DNA from: an uncultured delta proteobacterium
Lineage (GTDB): Bacteria; Myxococcota_A; Polyangia; Polyangiales; Polyangiaceae
DNA: 64,000 nt
Assembly (NCBI GenBank): GCA_963716725.1
Contig: CAVQUB010000013.1
Coordinates: 128,001 to 192,000, forward strand
Direction: 5' to 3'
The position numbers and the translations under genes are program-made. Shown one piece after another: positions 11,644 through 20,959 of this stretch (positions are counted from its first letter, which is position 1; each line of letters begins with the position of its first letter). Below the pieces are notes generated by a model. That model had not been told where the DNA came from and made no database searches. It was given only the letters and a program-made list of their open reading frames with translations.

Positions 11644-12441
11644 TCAGGTGACTTCGGCCATGGCGGACTGGATGTGCTCGGTCGTGACGGTCCTGCTCTT
11701 GGTGAGCGCGGCGGCCATGAGCGCGTGGTGAGCGAGCAGGTTCACCTTCCGGGGCAGGCCGTTCGACGCCTGGAAGATCGCCTCCTGGGTTGCGGGCTCG
11801 AAGAGTTCGAGCTCGGTTCCGGCGAGTCGGAGCAGGTGCGTGAGGTACGGGCCGAGCTCGTCACGGGCAAGACCCGGGACGTGAGCGCGCACGACGACGC
11901 GCTGCGAGAGCGCCTCGTGCACCGCCATGCCGAGGCGGCGGCGCAGTTCCGGGTGTCCGACGAGGACCAGGCAGAGGCGGTTGTCGGAGTCCATCGCGTA
12001 GTTGGTGAGCAGGCGCAGGTCCTCGAGCACGTCGCTCCTGAGGTGATGAGCTTCGTCCACGATCAGGATCGGTTTCTGCCGGGCCTCGCTGCAGAGCCGC
12101 GTCACCTCGGTCCGGATCTGCCGGAACAGTGCGGCGCGGTTGCGCTCGGTGGGTAGGCCGATCTCCCAGGCGATGGTCTTGTAGAGATCCATCACGTTGC
12201 CGGTGGTGAGCGACACGTAGAGGACGCGGTGCAGACCCGTGTGGAGACCGGCGACGATCTTCCGACACGCGGTGGTCTTGCCGCTGCCGCTCTCACCGGT
12301 GACCACACCGATGCCGCGCAAGTCGAGGAGATGGGCGAGCCGGGCGTCGAGTTCTCGGAGCGCACCGGAGGCGAAGAGCTCGTCGGGCTCGATGTTTTTG
12401 GCGAAGGGGTGGCGGGTGAGGCCGAAGTGCTTGCGGTACAT
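11644..12441 (-). CDS. ExeA-like AAA+ ATPase (transposon helper)
   Basis: MYRKHFGLTRHPF; Walker A GESGSGKT; Walker B LIVDEAHHL. Confidence 0.9.
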   Translation of the reverse strand: MYRKHFGLTRHPFAKNIEPDELFASGALRELDARLAHLLDLRGIGVVTGESGSGKTTACRKIVAGLHTGLHRVLYVSLTTGNVMDLYKTIAWEIGLPTERNRAALFRQIRTEVTRLCSEARQKPILIVDEAHHLRSDVLEDLRLLTNYAMDSDNRLCLVLVGHPELRRRLGMAVHEALSQRVVVRAHVPGLARDELGPYLTHLLRLAGTELELFEPATQEAIFQASNGLPRKVNLLAHHALMAAALTKSRTVTTEHIQSAMAEVT

Positions 12442-13844
12442 CAGAGGAGGTCCCCCTCGTCGTCGCCAGCGCCGCCCTGCTGGTTGTCCCCGACATCGAA
12501 GTCGAAGTCGCTCAAGCGCATGCCGGGGGGCGGCTCGTCCACGGGCTGAGATGGATGCAGGGCCTTCGTCGTGTGATCGCGTCGGACGAAACAGTTGGCG
12601 TAGACGTCGACACGGCGAGCGATCTGGATCTGCTTTCCGCGATGCCAGACCTGGACGGCACGTGTCTCTCGCGGACGCGCCGGATCGAAGCGAAGGACGA
12701 CGGTCTCGCCGACGAGCATCGCGTCCACTTCGTAGGCCACGCTGTCGAGCGACACGGTGCGGTCGGCCTGCACACGGCGCTTCTGCTCGAAGAGAAACAG
12801 ATCGGCGAGGTCGCTCGACGACTGGCGCACCTCGTCTGAGCGCATCGCCCAGCGATCCGCGGGCGTCTCACCGTCGAGTCCGCGGTGGGGACTCCGATGA
12901 TACTCACCCTCGACCCACGCCCAGAGACGGCGGTTGAGTGCTTCGAGACTCCGCCTGTCCTCGGGCTGGAGCGTCGGCAGGAGCTGAAGACGCACGGTCC
13001 GAAACCACCGCTCCATCTTTCCTTTTCCCTGGGGCGTGTAGGGACGCGCGTGGATCAAGGTGATGCCGAGCTTCGCGCACACGAGCGCCAGGTGCTGTGC
13101 TTTGAAGGCGGCACCGTTGTCGACGTAAAGCCGCTTGGGGATCCCGCGGCGGCAGATCCCTTGCTCGAGCACGCTGAGAAGGGTCGCGGCGTTCTCGCTG
13201 AGCGCGAAGGCCGCATACGGCACCATCCGTGTCGCGTCGTCGATGACGGCGAGCAGGTACGTCTTCCGCTGCCGCCCGGACACGGCGACGGCGGGGCCGT
13301 GCATCACGTCGCTCATCCACAGTTCGCCCGCCTTCTCGAAGGCGAAGCGTCGGCGGTCCTTCGCCGTCGGCTCGCCCTGCTTCTTCTGCATGAGTCCGGC
13401 CCGAGACAAGATCCGGTGCACCGTCGATGGCGCAAGCGTGACCCCCTCCGGGATCTTCGCGAAGCGCGTCACGTGCGCGATGACGAGTCCGACGCTGAAG
13501 TCCGCGTGCTGCTCTTTCGTCTCGCAGAGCAGATCCGCGATCTCCCGGGGAATGGCGCGAGCCGAGCCCTCGTCCCGTCGGATCTTCGGGACAAGGGCGT
13601 CGAAGCCGCCGCGTCGGTAGTCCGCAAGCCATCCGCGGATCGTTTCGGCCTGGACCTTCCGCCGGAGCGTTCCGGGGATCTCCCAGTCCTTCTCCGCCTT
13701 CTCGCGCAGCTTCGCGTACATGCCGCGCGCACCGCGCTCGAGGTGGAGCAGATCTGCGATCACGCCATAACGGAACAGCGCGATCTGCTTTCTGCGCTCG
13801 GCGTCAGCGAGCGTGCGTTCGTTTTCGGGGGTCGGTGTCCTCAT
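12441..13844 (-). CDS. DDE integrase-type transposase with Mu-transposase-like C terminus
   Basis: WMSDVMHG, IDDATR, LYVDNG, PQGKGKMERWF, RRVQADRTVSLD. Confidence 0.9.
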   Translation of the reverse strand: MRTPTPENERTLADAERRKQIALFRYGVIADLLHLERGARGMYAKLREKAEKDWEIPGTLRRKVQAETIRGWLADYRRGGFDALVPKIRRDEGSARAIPREIADLLCETKEQHADFSVGLVIAHVTRFAKIPEGVTLAPSTVHRILSRAGLMQKKQGEPTAKDRRRFAFEKAGELWMSDVMHGPAVAVSGRQRKTYLLAVIDDATRMVPYAAFALSENAATLLSVLEQGICRRGIPKRLYVDNGAAFKAQHLALVCAKLGITLIHARPYTPQGKGKMERWFRTVRLQLLPTLQPEDRRSLEALNRRLWAWVEGEYHRSPHRGLDGETPADRWAMRSDEVRQSSSDLADLFLFEQKRRVQADRTVSLDSVAYEVDAMLVGETVVLRFDPARPRETRAVQVWHRGKQIQIARRVDVYANCFVRRDHTTKALHPSQPVDEPPPGMRLSDFDFDVGDNQQGGAGDDEGDLL

Positions 13845-13895
13845 CGGAGTTCTCTTTCGGTGTCGGCCCGGGTCCGTCCCGGGCACACCAACCCG

Positions 13896-14573
13896 CTATC
13901 GGTCCCGCCGAGGAGGGTCCGGCCCCGTTTCGTGTGGGGTCGGCTCTCGCGATGCTTGCCGCGCTCGCCCTCGCGCCCGCAGTCCGACCGGCGCTGGCAT
14001 GGCGGCCAGGTGAATGGCCGCGGCCGACCGCAGCGCCACGAGCGCATCCGACACCCCGAGTCGTTGCCGCACCGCGCCAAGCGTCGCCGGGCAGCCCGTG
14101 AGCGCCGGCACCAGCGTCACTGCCGCCACGAGCGCCGCGTGGACAGCAACACGCCGCCGCCGGAGCCACCGCAGCGCGCTTGGAAGCGTCACCGCGTCCG
14201 CTGCGATCGCGGGGCGCACCTTCTCGGCGACCGCCTCCAGACTCTTGGCGCCCTCGGCCACCTCGACGGCCCGCTCGACCTCCTCGAGCGTGCCCGACAG
14301 TCGGGAAGCCAGAAAATCAGGCAAAAGGCTGATAGTCACCCGAGCCCGCGGGCACCAGAACCGGGCGACGCGGACGCCGACGGGGCGGACCCGACCGTAG
14401 CTCCCGTGCCCCGCGAGACCGCAGCCGCCCTCCGGGTGCAGCGGGCACCGCTCCAAACTTGCGGCCCGCCACGCCTGCTCGGTAACGTACCGCTCGCTGG
14501 TGAGGGTCGTCTCGTAACGGACAACCAATCCTTCGCTGGCCGGGTCCGTGCGGGTGCTACCGCGACGGACCAA
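13896..14573 (-). CDS. Transposon-associated protein with putative Zn-binding motif (DUF6431-like)
   Basis: CPLH...C...HGSYGR...RFWCP...TISLLPDFL; first gene inside the element; start uncertain. Confidence 0.7.
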   Translation of the reverse strand: MVRRGSTRTDPASEGLVVRYETTLTSERYVTEQAWRAASLERCPLHPEGGCGLAGHGSYGRVRPVGVRVARFWCPRARVTISLLPDFLASRLSGTLEEVERAVEVAEGAKSLEAVAEKVRPAIAADAVTLPSALRWLRRRRVAVHAALVAAVTLVPALTGCPATLGAVRQRLGVSDALVALRSAAAIHLAAMPAPVGLRARGRARQASREPTPHETGPDPPRRDR

Positions 14574-14725
14574 CCTTCTCCGGCGATCAGCTTTCCGCGG
14601 ATCAGCCTCTCAGGAAAAAAGAACGGCGAAGCTCTCCGGAGTCCGAACCCGGCTCACCCGAAACAACGAGCGCCCAGACCGACACCACGACCGCGGGGGA
14701 TCACGACGGAGGGTGACGGCCTACA

Positions 14726-15140
14726 GCACCCCTTCGGGTATCCCTCGCCAGGGACTTCCCAGGGTCGTCGCGCAGCGCGTCGGTCTCGCATGAGAAACCT
14801 CGGGGCCGTGTCGAATGGAAAGGCCTGGACCACCTGCTGCGCAGTCCACTGCGCCGACGGGCTCGCGGTGACGTTGAAGTACACGACGCGCCTGCGCTCG
14901 TGCGAAACGATGACGAGCACGTACAGAATGCGAAAGGTCGCGGTCACGACCACGAAGAAGTCCATGCCGACGGTGCAGTCCAGGTGGTTCTCGAGGAACG
15001 TCCGCCATTCTTGGGACGGCGGCCCTCGACGTTTTGGCTTGTACTTCCGCACCGTCGAGTCGCTGACGCGGACTCCGATCTTGGCTAGCTCGGCTTGGAT
15101 CCGGGGCCTGCCCCAGGTCGGGTTCGCGAGCCAGTCGTCT
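14726..15140 (-). pseudogene. Integrase-core IS copy 2, middle part (5'-truncated and interrupted)
   Basis: NPTWGRPRIQAELAKIG...SQEWRTFLENH...MDFFVV; continues into 11467 once the transposon is removed. Confidence 0.85.
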
Positions 15141-15244
15141 GAATGACCGGTCACGTTGCGAGTCATCGCTGAAGCGTGCACCCGGATCGAGATCGACGGG
15201 AAAGCAACGCGAACGAGCACGCGCATCACCCGTGTCGACGTTCG

Positions 15245-15724
15245 CTACCGTCTCGATGCTGCGCGCGCTGGCGGCGGAACCGACAGCGACCGCGTTGCCT
15301 CGAATCCGAGCGTGACGTTCAGTCCAAGTGCTTTGCCGACTCTTTCGAGCGTTGCAAGCGTCGGGTTCTCGTCTGGGTCCTCCAACTTCGCAATCTGCTG
15401 TTGGCTCACCTTTGCGCGTTTTCCCAGCTCCGCTTGCGAAAGCCCAGCGTCATCTCGCGCCCACCGAATCGAGAGCGCCGCTGCAAGCCCAGGTCGCACG
15501 TCGATCCGTGCGAGCCTTCTACCGGCCGGGGCGGTATTGCGATCCACGGGCCGCGGCGGGATCTGCCCATCGATCAAGTGCGCCTCGAGCCATCCCTCGA
15601 GGGCCTCGGTTGCCGCCGATGCGAGTTCATCGCTGCTTTGTGCGAACGTCTGACATCCCGGGCAATCGGGAAACTCCGCCAGAATGTGTTTACCCTCGCG
15701 ATAGATGAATGCGGCGTACTGCAT
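15245..15724 (-). CDS. hicB: HicB-family antitoxin with C-terminal XRE HTH
   Basis: AEFPDCPGCQTF...EALEGWL; GLSQAELGKRAKVSQQQIAKLE. Confidence 0.9.
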   Translation of the reverse strand: MQYAAFIYREGKHILAEFPDCPGCQTFAQSSDELASAATEALEGWLEAHLIDGQIPPRPVDRNTAPAGRRLARIDVRPGLAAALSIRWARDDAGLSQAELGKRAKVSQQQIAKLEDPDENPTLATLERVGKALGLNVTLGFEATRSLSVPPPARAASRR

Positions 15725-15746
15725 GGCGCGTCTCTTTCTTGCGGTT

Positions 15747-15950
15747 CTAGGTGAGCCTGACTCCCGACTGCTTCTCGATGTTCTTGAGCGTGCCGATTGG
15801 GATTTCTCGCTTGGGGTGCGGCACGGTAGTGATCCCAGAACGGTGGCTGTGCTTGAAGTGCTGATGGCTTCCCTTGGTTCGGACGTGCGTCCAACCGGCG
15901 GCCTTGATGCGTTTGATCACCTCCGCCGACGACACCGAATCAAGATACAA
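15747..15950 (-). CDS. hicA: HicA-family mRNase toxin
   Basis: GWTHVRTKGSHQHFKH...TVPHPKREIPIGTLKNI; directly upstream of hicB. Confidence 0.92.
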   Translation of the reverse strand: MYLDSVSSAEVIKRIKAAGWTHVRTKGSHQHFKHSHRSGITTVPHPKREIPIGTLKNIEKQSGVRLT

Positions 15951-15965
15951 CCTATAAGTAGTAAG

Positions 15966-16223
15966 TCAAGGAGGGCGCTGGTCGGGTCCGCAAGAGCACA
16001 TCAACTGCAAGAAGGCTCTCGGGCTTCCCGTCGGAACCTGGCCGACGCCAGCCACACCCCCGAACGGAGGAAAACGGCGGGGCGCATCGAGAACGTCGCG
16101 CGTGCGTTGCCGCATCTCCGCGATAAACTCGAAGCCGAGGCCCGGCACGCTCTCGCCACAGCCGTCAGCCGCTTCCTCGAGCTCGGCCTCCGCTTGCGGC
16201 TCGACCAGGAGCCTTGCGGTCAT
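15966..16223 (-). pseudogene. RelE/ParE-family toxin with degenerate C terminus
   Basis: PQAEAELEEAA...PGLGFEF...PRRFP; typical C-terminal strands not recognisable. Confidence 0.65.
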
Positions 16224-16450
16224 CTCGCCTTGAGCTTGGACTCAATGCGGTCGAACACTTCGTCAGCCGGTTTGCCCTGCGATTGTCCCGACTTCACACG
16301 CTCGGCGCGATGTGCGATCTCGGCCGCCCACTCCTCCGCAAGGCTCGCAACCGATTCTTTGGGCGCAATGGCATCGACGACAACGCGACGCTCGTCCTCG
16401 GATAGTTCCGATGCGAGAGCGATGAGCTTGCGGACCGCCGCGGTAGACAC
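16220..16450 (-). CDS. Addiction-module antitoxin (partner of the ParE-like toxin)
   Basis: LSEDERRVV...EEWAAEIAHRAERVKSG...PADEVF; ATGA overlap with the toxin. Confidence 0.8.
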   Translation of the reverse strand: MSTAAVRKLIALASELSEDERRVVVDAIAPKESVASLAEEWAAEIAHRAERVKSGQSQGKPADEVFDRIESKLKAR

Positions 16451-16632
16451 GACGAAATCTTGCTCGCTCCAACCCCGTATGTCGAGGCGATTGGCCGCTG
16501 GCTCACTGGCGAGCCGAAACCAGCCGCCCTTCCGAACGCTCCCGATCCCGGGGGCCGTCGTCCGGCCTCGCGCGGTGAGGCCCGGACCCGCGGAGCCTCG
16601 CCACACACGCCTCTGGCGCAAGCTCCGCGTGG

Positions 16633-17139
16633 TCAAGAAGCTCCGGGACTGCAGCCCCGCAACGACGCCGTCTTCCCCATTCGGGCGTGAGCCCGAATTT
16701 CGGGGAAGACCGACGCCGCAAAGCGGCGGCGAGTTGGGGCAGGAAGAGTGTTCAGGAGTGACCGAGAGACGCAGGGACGCGGAGAACGCGGAGCACGCAG
16801 GGGGAAATTCTGGAAGCTCTCGGCGACCGCGTTGTCCCAGCCGTCGCGAGCTTCGCTGCCCTCGCACCGATTGCGAAAGGTCGCATCTGGAACCGCCTCC
16901 ATCGTTTCGAGCCAGAACCTCCCCGCCGGCAGCTTCGGCGGCCCCAGGCACATCGACGCGGTCCGATACATGTTCGTCGGATCCGACTCGAAACAACCCC
17001 CAAACGCTCCCGGGGAGCCCGGCTGGCCGGGACCCGAGCCGTCACCGTCGTGGTGTCGTTGGGCTCGGCCCGAGCCGCAACCCGTCGCCACCACGCCCCA
17101 AAGCACGACCCCAAAGAGTGCACGAAGCATGTGCGCCAT
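16633..17139 (-). pseudogene. Possible lipoprotein remnant running into the palindromic repeat
   Basis: MAHMLRALFGVVLWGVVATGC signal/lipobox. Confidence 0.35.
16669..16748. repeat. Double-hairpin palindromic repeat, copy 2
   Basis: Matches 9529-9606 with a changed loop (GTGA vs AAA). Confidence 0.85.
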
Positions 17140-17329
17140 TGCTTGGATGAGCCTACCACGACGGCTACTTCGAGCCCCGCGCGCGCGCTGCGACCCCACG
17201 TCGCGCCCGCGCCTCGGTCCCCCACCGCCTGCAAGAGACGTTTGCCGCTCTCTCCGCCGACGTACACGCGCACGCCGAGCCCGCCTTCGGTGCCTGTGAG
17301 CCAGAGCCGCCGGTAGTCCCGCGCAACCG

Positions 17330-17560
17330 GCGCGGCCATTTACCACTCGGACGCGCGCCGTCGAGCCAAGTGCCGTTGCGCGAGCCCGCGTCGGCGACGG
17401 ACAACACGCCGCCGGCGCGATCGATCGAGAGGTGCTTGGACGAGACCTTTTCGTCCGCGCGCTCCGCCGCGGCCAACCAGTCACGACCGACGACGGATCC
17501 CGAATCCGGCACTGGCAGTGCGGGGGGGCGCGGGAACGCACAGACGAGCGCAGGCCGCAG
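17330..17560 (-). pseudogene. FHA-domain fragment
   Basis: VVGRD...DEKVSSKHLSI...VADAGSRNGTWLDG. Confidence 0.6.
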
Positions 17561-17761
17561 CGCGCCCGTTTTCGGCGGAGACGGCCCACGGAACTCGCCG
17601 GTGCTCGACGGTGCTCGCCCTGTCACCTGAGATGCGCCCGCAAAGTGCCACGCGGCCAACGTCGAACCAAGGACTCAAAACAGCGGCTTGCCGTCGATAC
17701 CACGGGCGTTTTGTCGCCAGCGCTCGCGCCTCGCTGCGCGATCCCTGGTATCTAGCGCGAC

Positions 17762-18526
17762 ATGCGCAAGCTGATTTCGCTGTTGTGCGTCGCGGCGATG
17801 TCCTGCGCCGGCGGCGGTGTGGCGCCGACCGCTACGCCTCGCGAGCCAGCGCCGACGCCGACGCCGAAACCGAAACCGAAACCAGGCGTGGCGCCGTGTG
17901 GTGGTTCGCAAATGCCTTCGCCGGACGCGGATCACCTCGCGGCGGTCAAGGCGGCGCGTGCAGCGCGTGAGGCGGGCGCAGTGACGGGCTCGAGCGGCTT
18001 CTATCAGGTAGTGCTACCCCCGGGCTTCCGGCGTGACGACCGGGCTCCGCAGTTCGAAGAAGGGGAAATCAACCCGGGGCGGGTGCACGCGTTTACGCAT
18101 TCGTCAACGGACACCTACGTGTTTGTCGAAGTGAGGCGACACCCCGCGGTGGCGACGACAAAGAGCTCCAGCCTACGCACATGGGCGGAAGCCGTGCTTT
18201 GGAAGTTCGAACCGCTCGCGAAAGATTCGGTCGGAAGCAGCGCAGGCTTCATCGATCACGTGCCGGTGTACTTCGCGGCGTGGCGCGACTCCAAGGGTCG
18301 CCGAAACATCGAAAATGCGTATGTGCAGAAGGGCTGCGAGCGCGGAGAAATCTACGAGCGCTTCGTCGAAGTCGCCGGCGCACTGCTGCGCGTCACGGTG
18401 GACATCAACGGCATGGCCACGCCATCCGAGGCGGCCCCTTGGCTCGACGTTTTTTTCGACGCGCCGCTCGGAACGTCGGCCCCCGCGGAGCGTCGCTTCG
18501 CCTACGGGCTGAGCACCAATCTGTGA
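17762..18526 (+). CDS. Hypothetical lipoprotein
   Basis: MRKLISLLCVAAMSC lipobox followed by a Pro-rich linker. Confidence 0.7.
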   Translation: MRKLISLLCVAAMSCAGGGVAPTATPREPAPTPTPKPKPKPGVAPCGGSQMPSPDADHLAAVKAARAAREAGAVTGSSGFYQVVLPPGFRRDDRAPQFEEGEINPGRVHAFTHSSTDTYVFVEVRRHPAVATTKSSSLRTWAEAVLWKFEPLAKDSVGSSAGFIDHVPVYFAAWRDSKGRRNIENAYVQKGCERGEIYERFVEVAGALLRVTVDINGMATPSEAAPWLDVFFDAPLGTSAPAERRFAYGLSTNL

Positions 18527-18773
18527 TTCGCCGGACTGGGTCTCGAACTCGTCCCCGCCGATCTGGACCGGTAGCACCGCACGGCACCGACGTTGTCGGG
18601 GATGCACCCGTTGCGTGAGTCCGGAACGGATTGCGCAGTTCGTGCGCGTTCTCGCGGCCAACGACTCGATGGCGGCGAGCGCGCCGAGCGGCCGTCGCCC
18701 TCGAGGGACGCACGCTCGAAGCCGTGATACTCCGTCGGGACCTAAGGGGGGTTTTCGCGAGGAGTAGAGACCC

Positions 18774-19220
18774 ATGCGAGTCTGGTTGTTGGCGATTGCG
18801 ATCTCAGTGCCGTTGGCGTGCAGCAAGAAGGAAGCGGGAAACGAGCAGCCCGCTTCGACGCTGGGCGCGGCGGCGCCTTCGGCGATTCCCCTCGCGCCAG
18901 CCACGGTCGCGACCCCAGGCACGCTCGCTGCGCCTCCGGGCGCGCCTCCCACCGCGGGCAAGCTGCTTGGAAGTTGCGCTATCGCCGGCGTGGCTTGCTC
19001 GGACTACTACGGTTCGAGTGACGTGACGCCGGTGAAGTCAGCGTGCGAAGCCGTGGGCAAGTGGAACCCCGGCGCCTGCCCGGCGGGCGGCGTAGGAACG
19101 TGCACGAAGACGGAGCCCGGCGGGATAGTCAACAAGACCCACAGCTATCCACCTGGCACAGCTGCGACGTCCAAGATGGCCTGTGACAACACGCCGGGTG
19201 GGGTGTTCTCGGGCGGATAG
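18774..19220 (+). CDS. Small Cys-rich lipoprotein
   Basis: GAGGAG RBS; LAC lipobox; six-Cys C-terminal domain. Confidence 0.75.
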   Translation: MRVWLLAIAISVPLACSKKEAGNEQPASTLGAAAPSAIPLAPATVATPGTLAAPPGAPPTAGKLLGSCAIAGVACSDYYGSSDVTPVKSACEAVGKWNPGACPAGGVGTCTKTEPGGIVNKTHSYPPGTAATSKMACDNTPGGVFSGG

Positions 19221-19377
19221 AGTCCGCTGACCCCTGCGCCGTTGCGGCGCAAGGGCGTGATCGCTCACGACGCAAGCTCGGTGGCGCGGGCGGCGGTGCC
19301 GTCGTCCAGGATCCCGAGGGCGGTGCCGCTGGTCGCGTAGTTCGACCAGCGGTCAGCCCATCACCCGCGGGCTGCGG

Positions 19378-20433
19378 TCAGCTGCATTCGCCCGCGGTGC
19401 AGTGCACGCTCGGGAGCTGGCACTCCATGCCGTCGCTCGACGCGATGAACGACGGAGCGCCCTGCTCGATTATCCCGTCTTTGCAGTAGTCGGGCGGCAG
19501 CGGAGAAAACTGCGGGCACGCTCCCGCATCGCGAGTCACGCAGTGCACGCTGGGCATCTGGCACTCCATCCCGCCTGCGGCGGCGAGGTATTTCGGGGGC
19601 CCGACCACTACATCGCCGTCCTTGCAGAACCCGGGGGGCAATGGGGACAACTGCGGGCAGCCGCTCGAGTCCTTCGTCACGCAATGCTGCTTGGCCTTGG
19701 TGCACTCGAAGCCACTTCCAGCACTCGCGAACTCGGTCTCGGTCACGAGCGTACCGTCGGCGCAAAACGCGGGTGGCGTGCAGGCGTTCGCGTCGTTGGT
19801 CACACAGTGAACGCTGGGCAACTCGCACTCCATGCCATCGGCTGATGGGATGAAGGACGACGCGCCCTTCACGGCCTTGCCGTCTTTGCAGAAATTCGGC
19901 GGAAGTGGCGAGAGCTGCGGGCACGCGAAGCCGTCCTTGGTGACGCAGTGAACGCTGGGCATCTGGCAGGCCTTGCCGTCGCTCGAAGGAACGAACGAGT
20001 CCGCTCCCTTGACCGCGGTGCCGTCTTTGCAGAAGTCGGGCGGAAGCGGCGAGAGCTGCGGGCACGCGAAGCCATCGTCTGTCACGCAATGCGCGACGGA
20101 ACCCACACACTCCTTGCCGTCGGTCGAGTCGGAGAACGCTGCCGTCTCAACGACCTTTCCCCCGACACACCCGGTCGCGCCATCGCAGACCTTGGCCTTG
20201 TCGCTACAACAGTCCCCGAAGGTCTCGCACTTGGAATCGCACCAGCAGTTGCCGTCGGACTTGCCGCCGCAGCGGCTCTCGCTCGGGCCTTGGCACGATC
20301 CGGTCGAGTCCGCCTTGCCGATCGGAGCGCGGTCATCGACCTGCTTCGAGCCGGCGGGGTCGTCGGACGTCTCTGCGCTGCACGCCACGACCAAGAGAGG
20401 CAGAAGAACGGCGTATTTTGCGAGGAACTTCAT
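19378..20433 (-). CDS. Cys-rich repeat lipoprotein with somatomedin-B-like domain
   Basis: VAC lipobox, GKAD motif, CWCDSKCETFGDCCSD, repeated CPQLSPLPPxFCKDG...PSVHCVT units. Confidence 0.85.
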   Translation of the reverse strand: MKFLAKYAVLLPLLVVACSAETSDDPAGSKQVDDRAPIGKADSTGSCQGPSESRCGGKSDGNCWCDSKCETFGDCCSDKAKVCDGATGCVGGKVVETAAFSDSTDGKECVGSVAHCVTDDGFACPQLSPLPPDFCKDGTAVKGADSFVPSSDGKACQMPSVHCVTKDGFACPQLSPLPPNFCKDGKAVKGASSFIPSADGMECELPSVHCVTNDANACTPPAFCADGTLVTETEFASAGSGFECTKAKQHCVTKDSSGCPQLSPLPPGFCKDGDVVVGPPKYLAAAGGMECQMPSVHCVTRDAGACPQFSPLPPDYCKDGIIEQGAPSFIASSDGMECQLPSVHCTAGECS

Positions 20434-20692
20434 GGGGCCACCTGTAGAGATATGTGGGGACGATGCGCCCCGGGACCGACATACACCTACATACGCCTGC
20501 CCAAGCCGTCAATCGTAATCGGCAGTGGCCTGGCCCCTGGCGGCGCTTGCGCTTGGAGGCGGCGGAGAGGGCGCTACTGCTTCACCGGGAGCTTGTCCGC
20601 AACCGAACAAGTACCGAGCGAGCGTAAGCGCGATGGGCCGCCCGCGCCGTTGCAGCAGCCCGGATGCGAAGCGGAAGCGGGCCATGGCGTCG

Positions 20693-20959
20693 TCAGCGCA
20701 GTTGGCTGTCCTTGTTACCGCGCCGATTGAAGCTGCTCACCGCTCGGAAGTCGCCGTCCTCGGCTTCCTGGCACGCTACGCAGTTGCGCACTCCCGGCAG
20801 CGCCTTGCGTCGCGCTTCCGGAATCGTCTCTCCGCAGGCGCTGCACTCCCTGCGGCTTTCACCCGCCCCGAGCCGCCGGCGCGCCTGCTGCACCGCGTCG
20901 TCGACGCTCGCGTCAATCTGCTCTTGTACCGCCCCATCCCGGGCCCAGCCGCTCGCCAT
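20693..20959 (-). CDS. DksA/TraR-family C4 zinc-finger protein (YbiI-like)
   Basis: MASGWARDGAVQEQID...CSACGETIPEARRKALPGVRNCVAC...NRRGNKDSQLR; 88 aa. Confidence 0.92.
   Translation of the reverse strand: MASGWARDGAVQEQIDASVDDAVQQARRRLGAGESRRECSACGETIPEARRKALPGVRNCVACQEAEDGDFRAVSSFNRRGNKDSQLR

Larger units (their letters stand above)
11468..14725 (-). mobile_element. Complete three-gene transposon (Zn-binding ORF, Mu-like DDE transposase, ExeA-like AAA+ ATPase)
   Basis: Ends TGTAG...CTACA; GCACC duplicated at 11463-11467 and 14726-14730; removing it restores the GGGGTGCGACAGCATT seen at 2426-2441. Confidence 0.9.

Noticed and set aside
11644..12441. ExeA-like ATPase as a type II secretion component
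   Set aside because: It lies inside a bounded transposon, coupled to the transposase; no T2SS genes nearby.
12885..15146. 753-aa plus-strand ORF
   Set aside because: Antisense to transposon genes, crosses the element boundary, no motifs.
9430..17760. Integron cassette array explaining the TA genes and palindromes
   Set aside because: No tyrosine integrase, mixed gene orientation, and the repeats lack convincing attC core ends.
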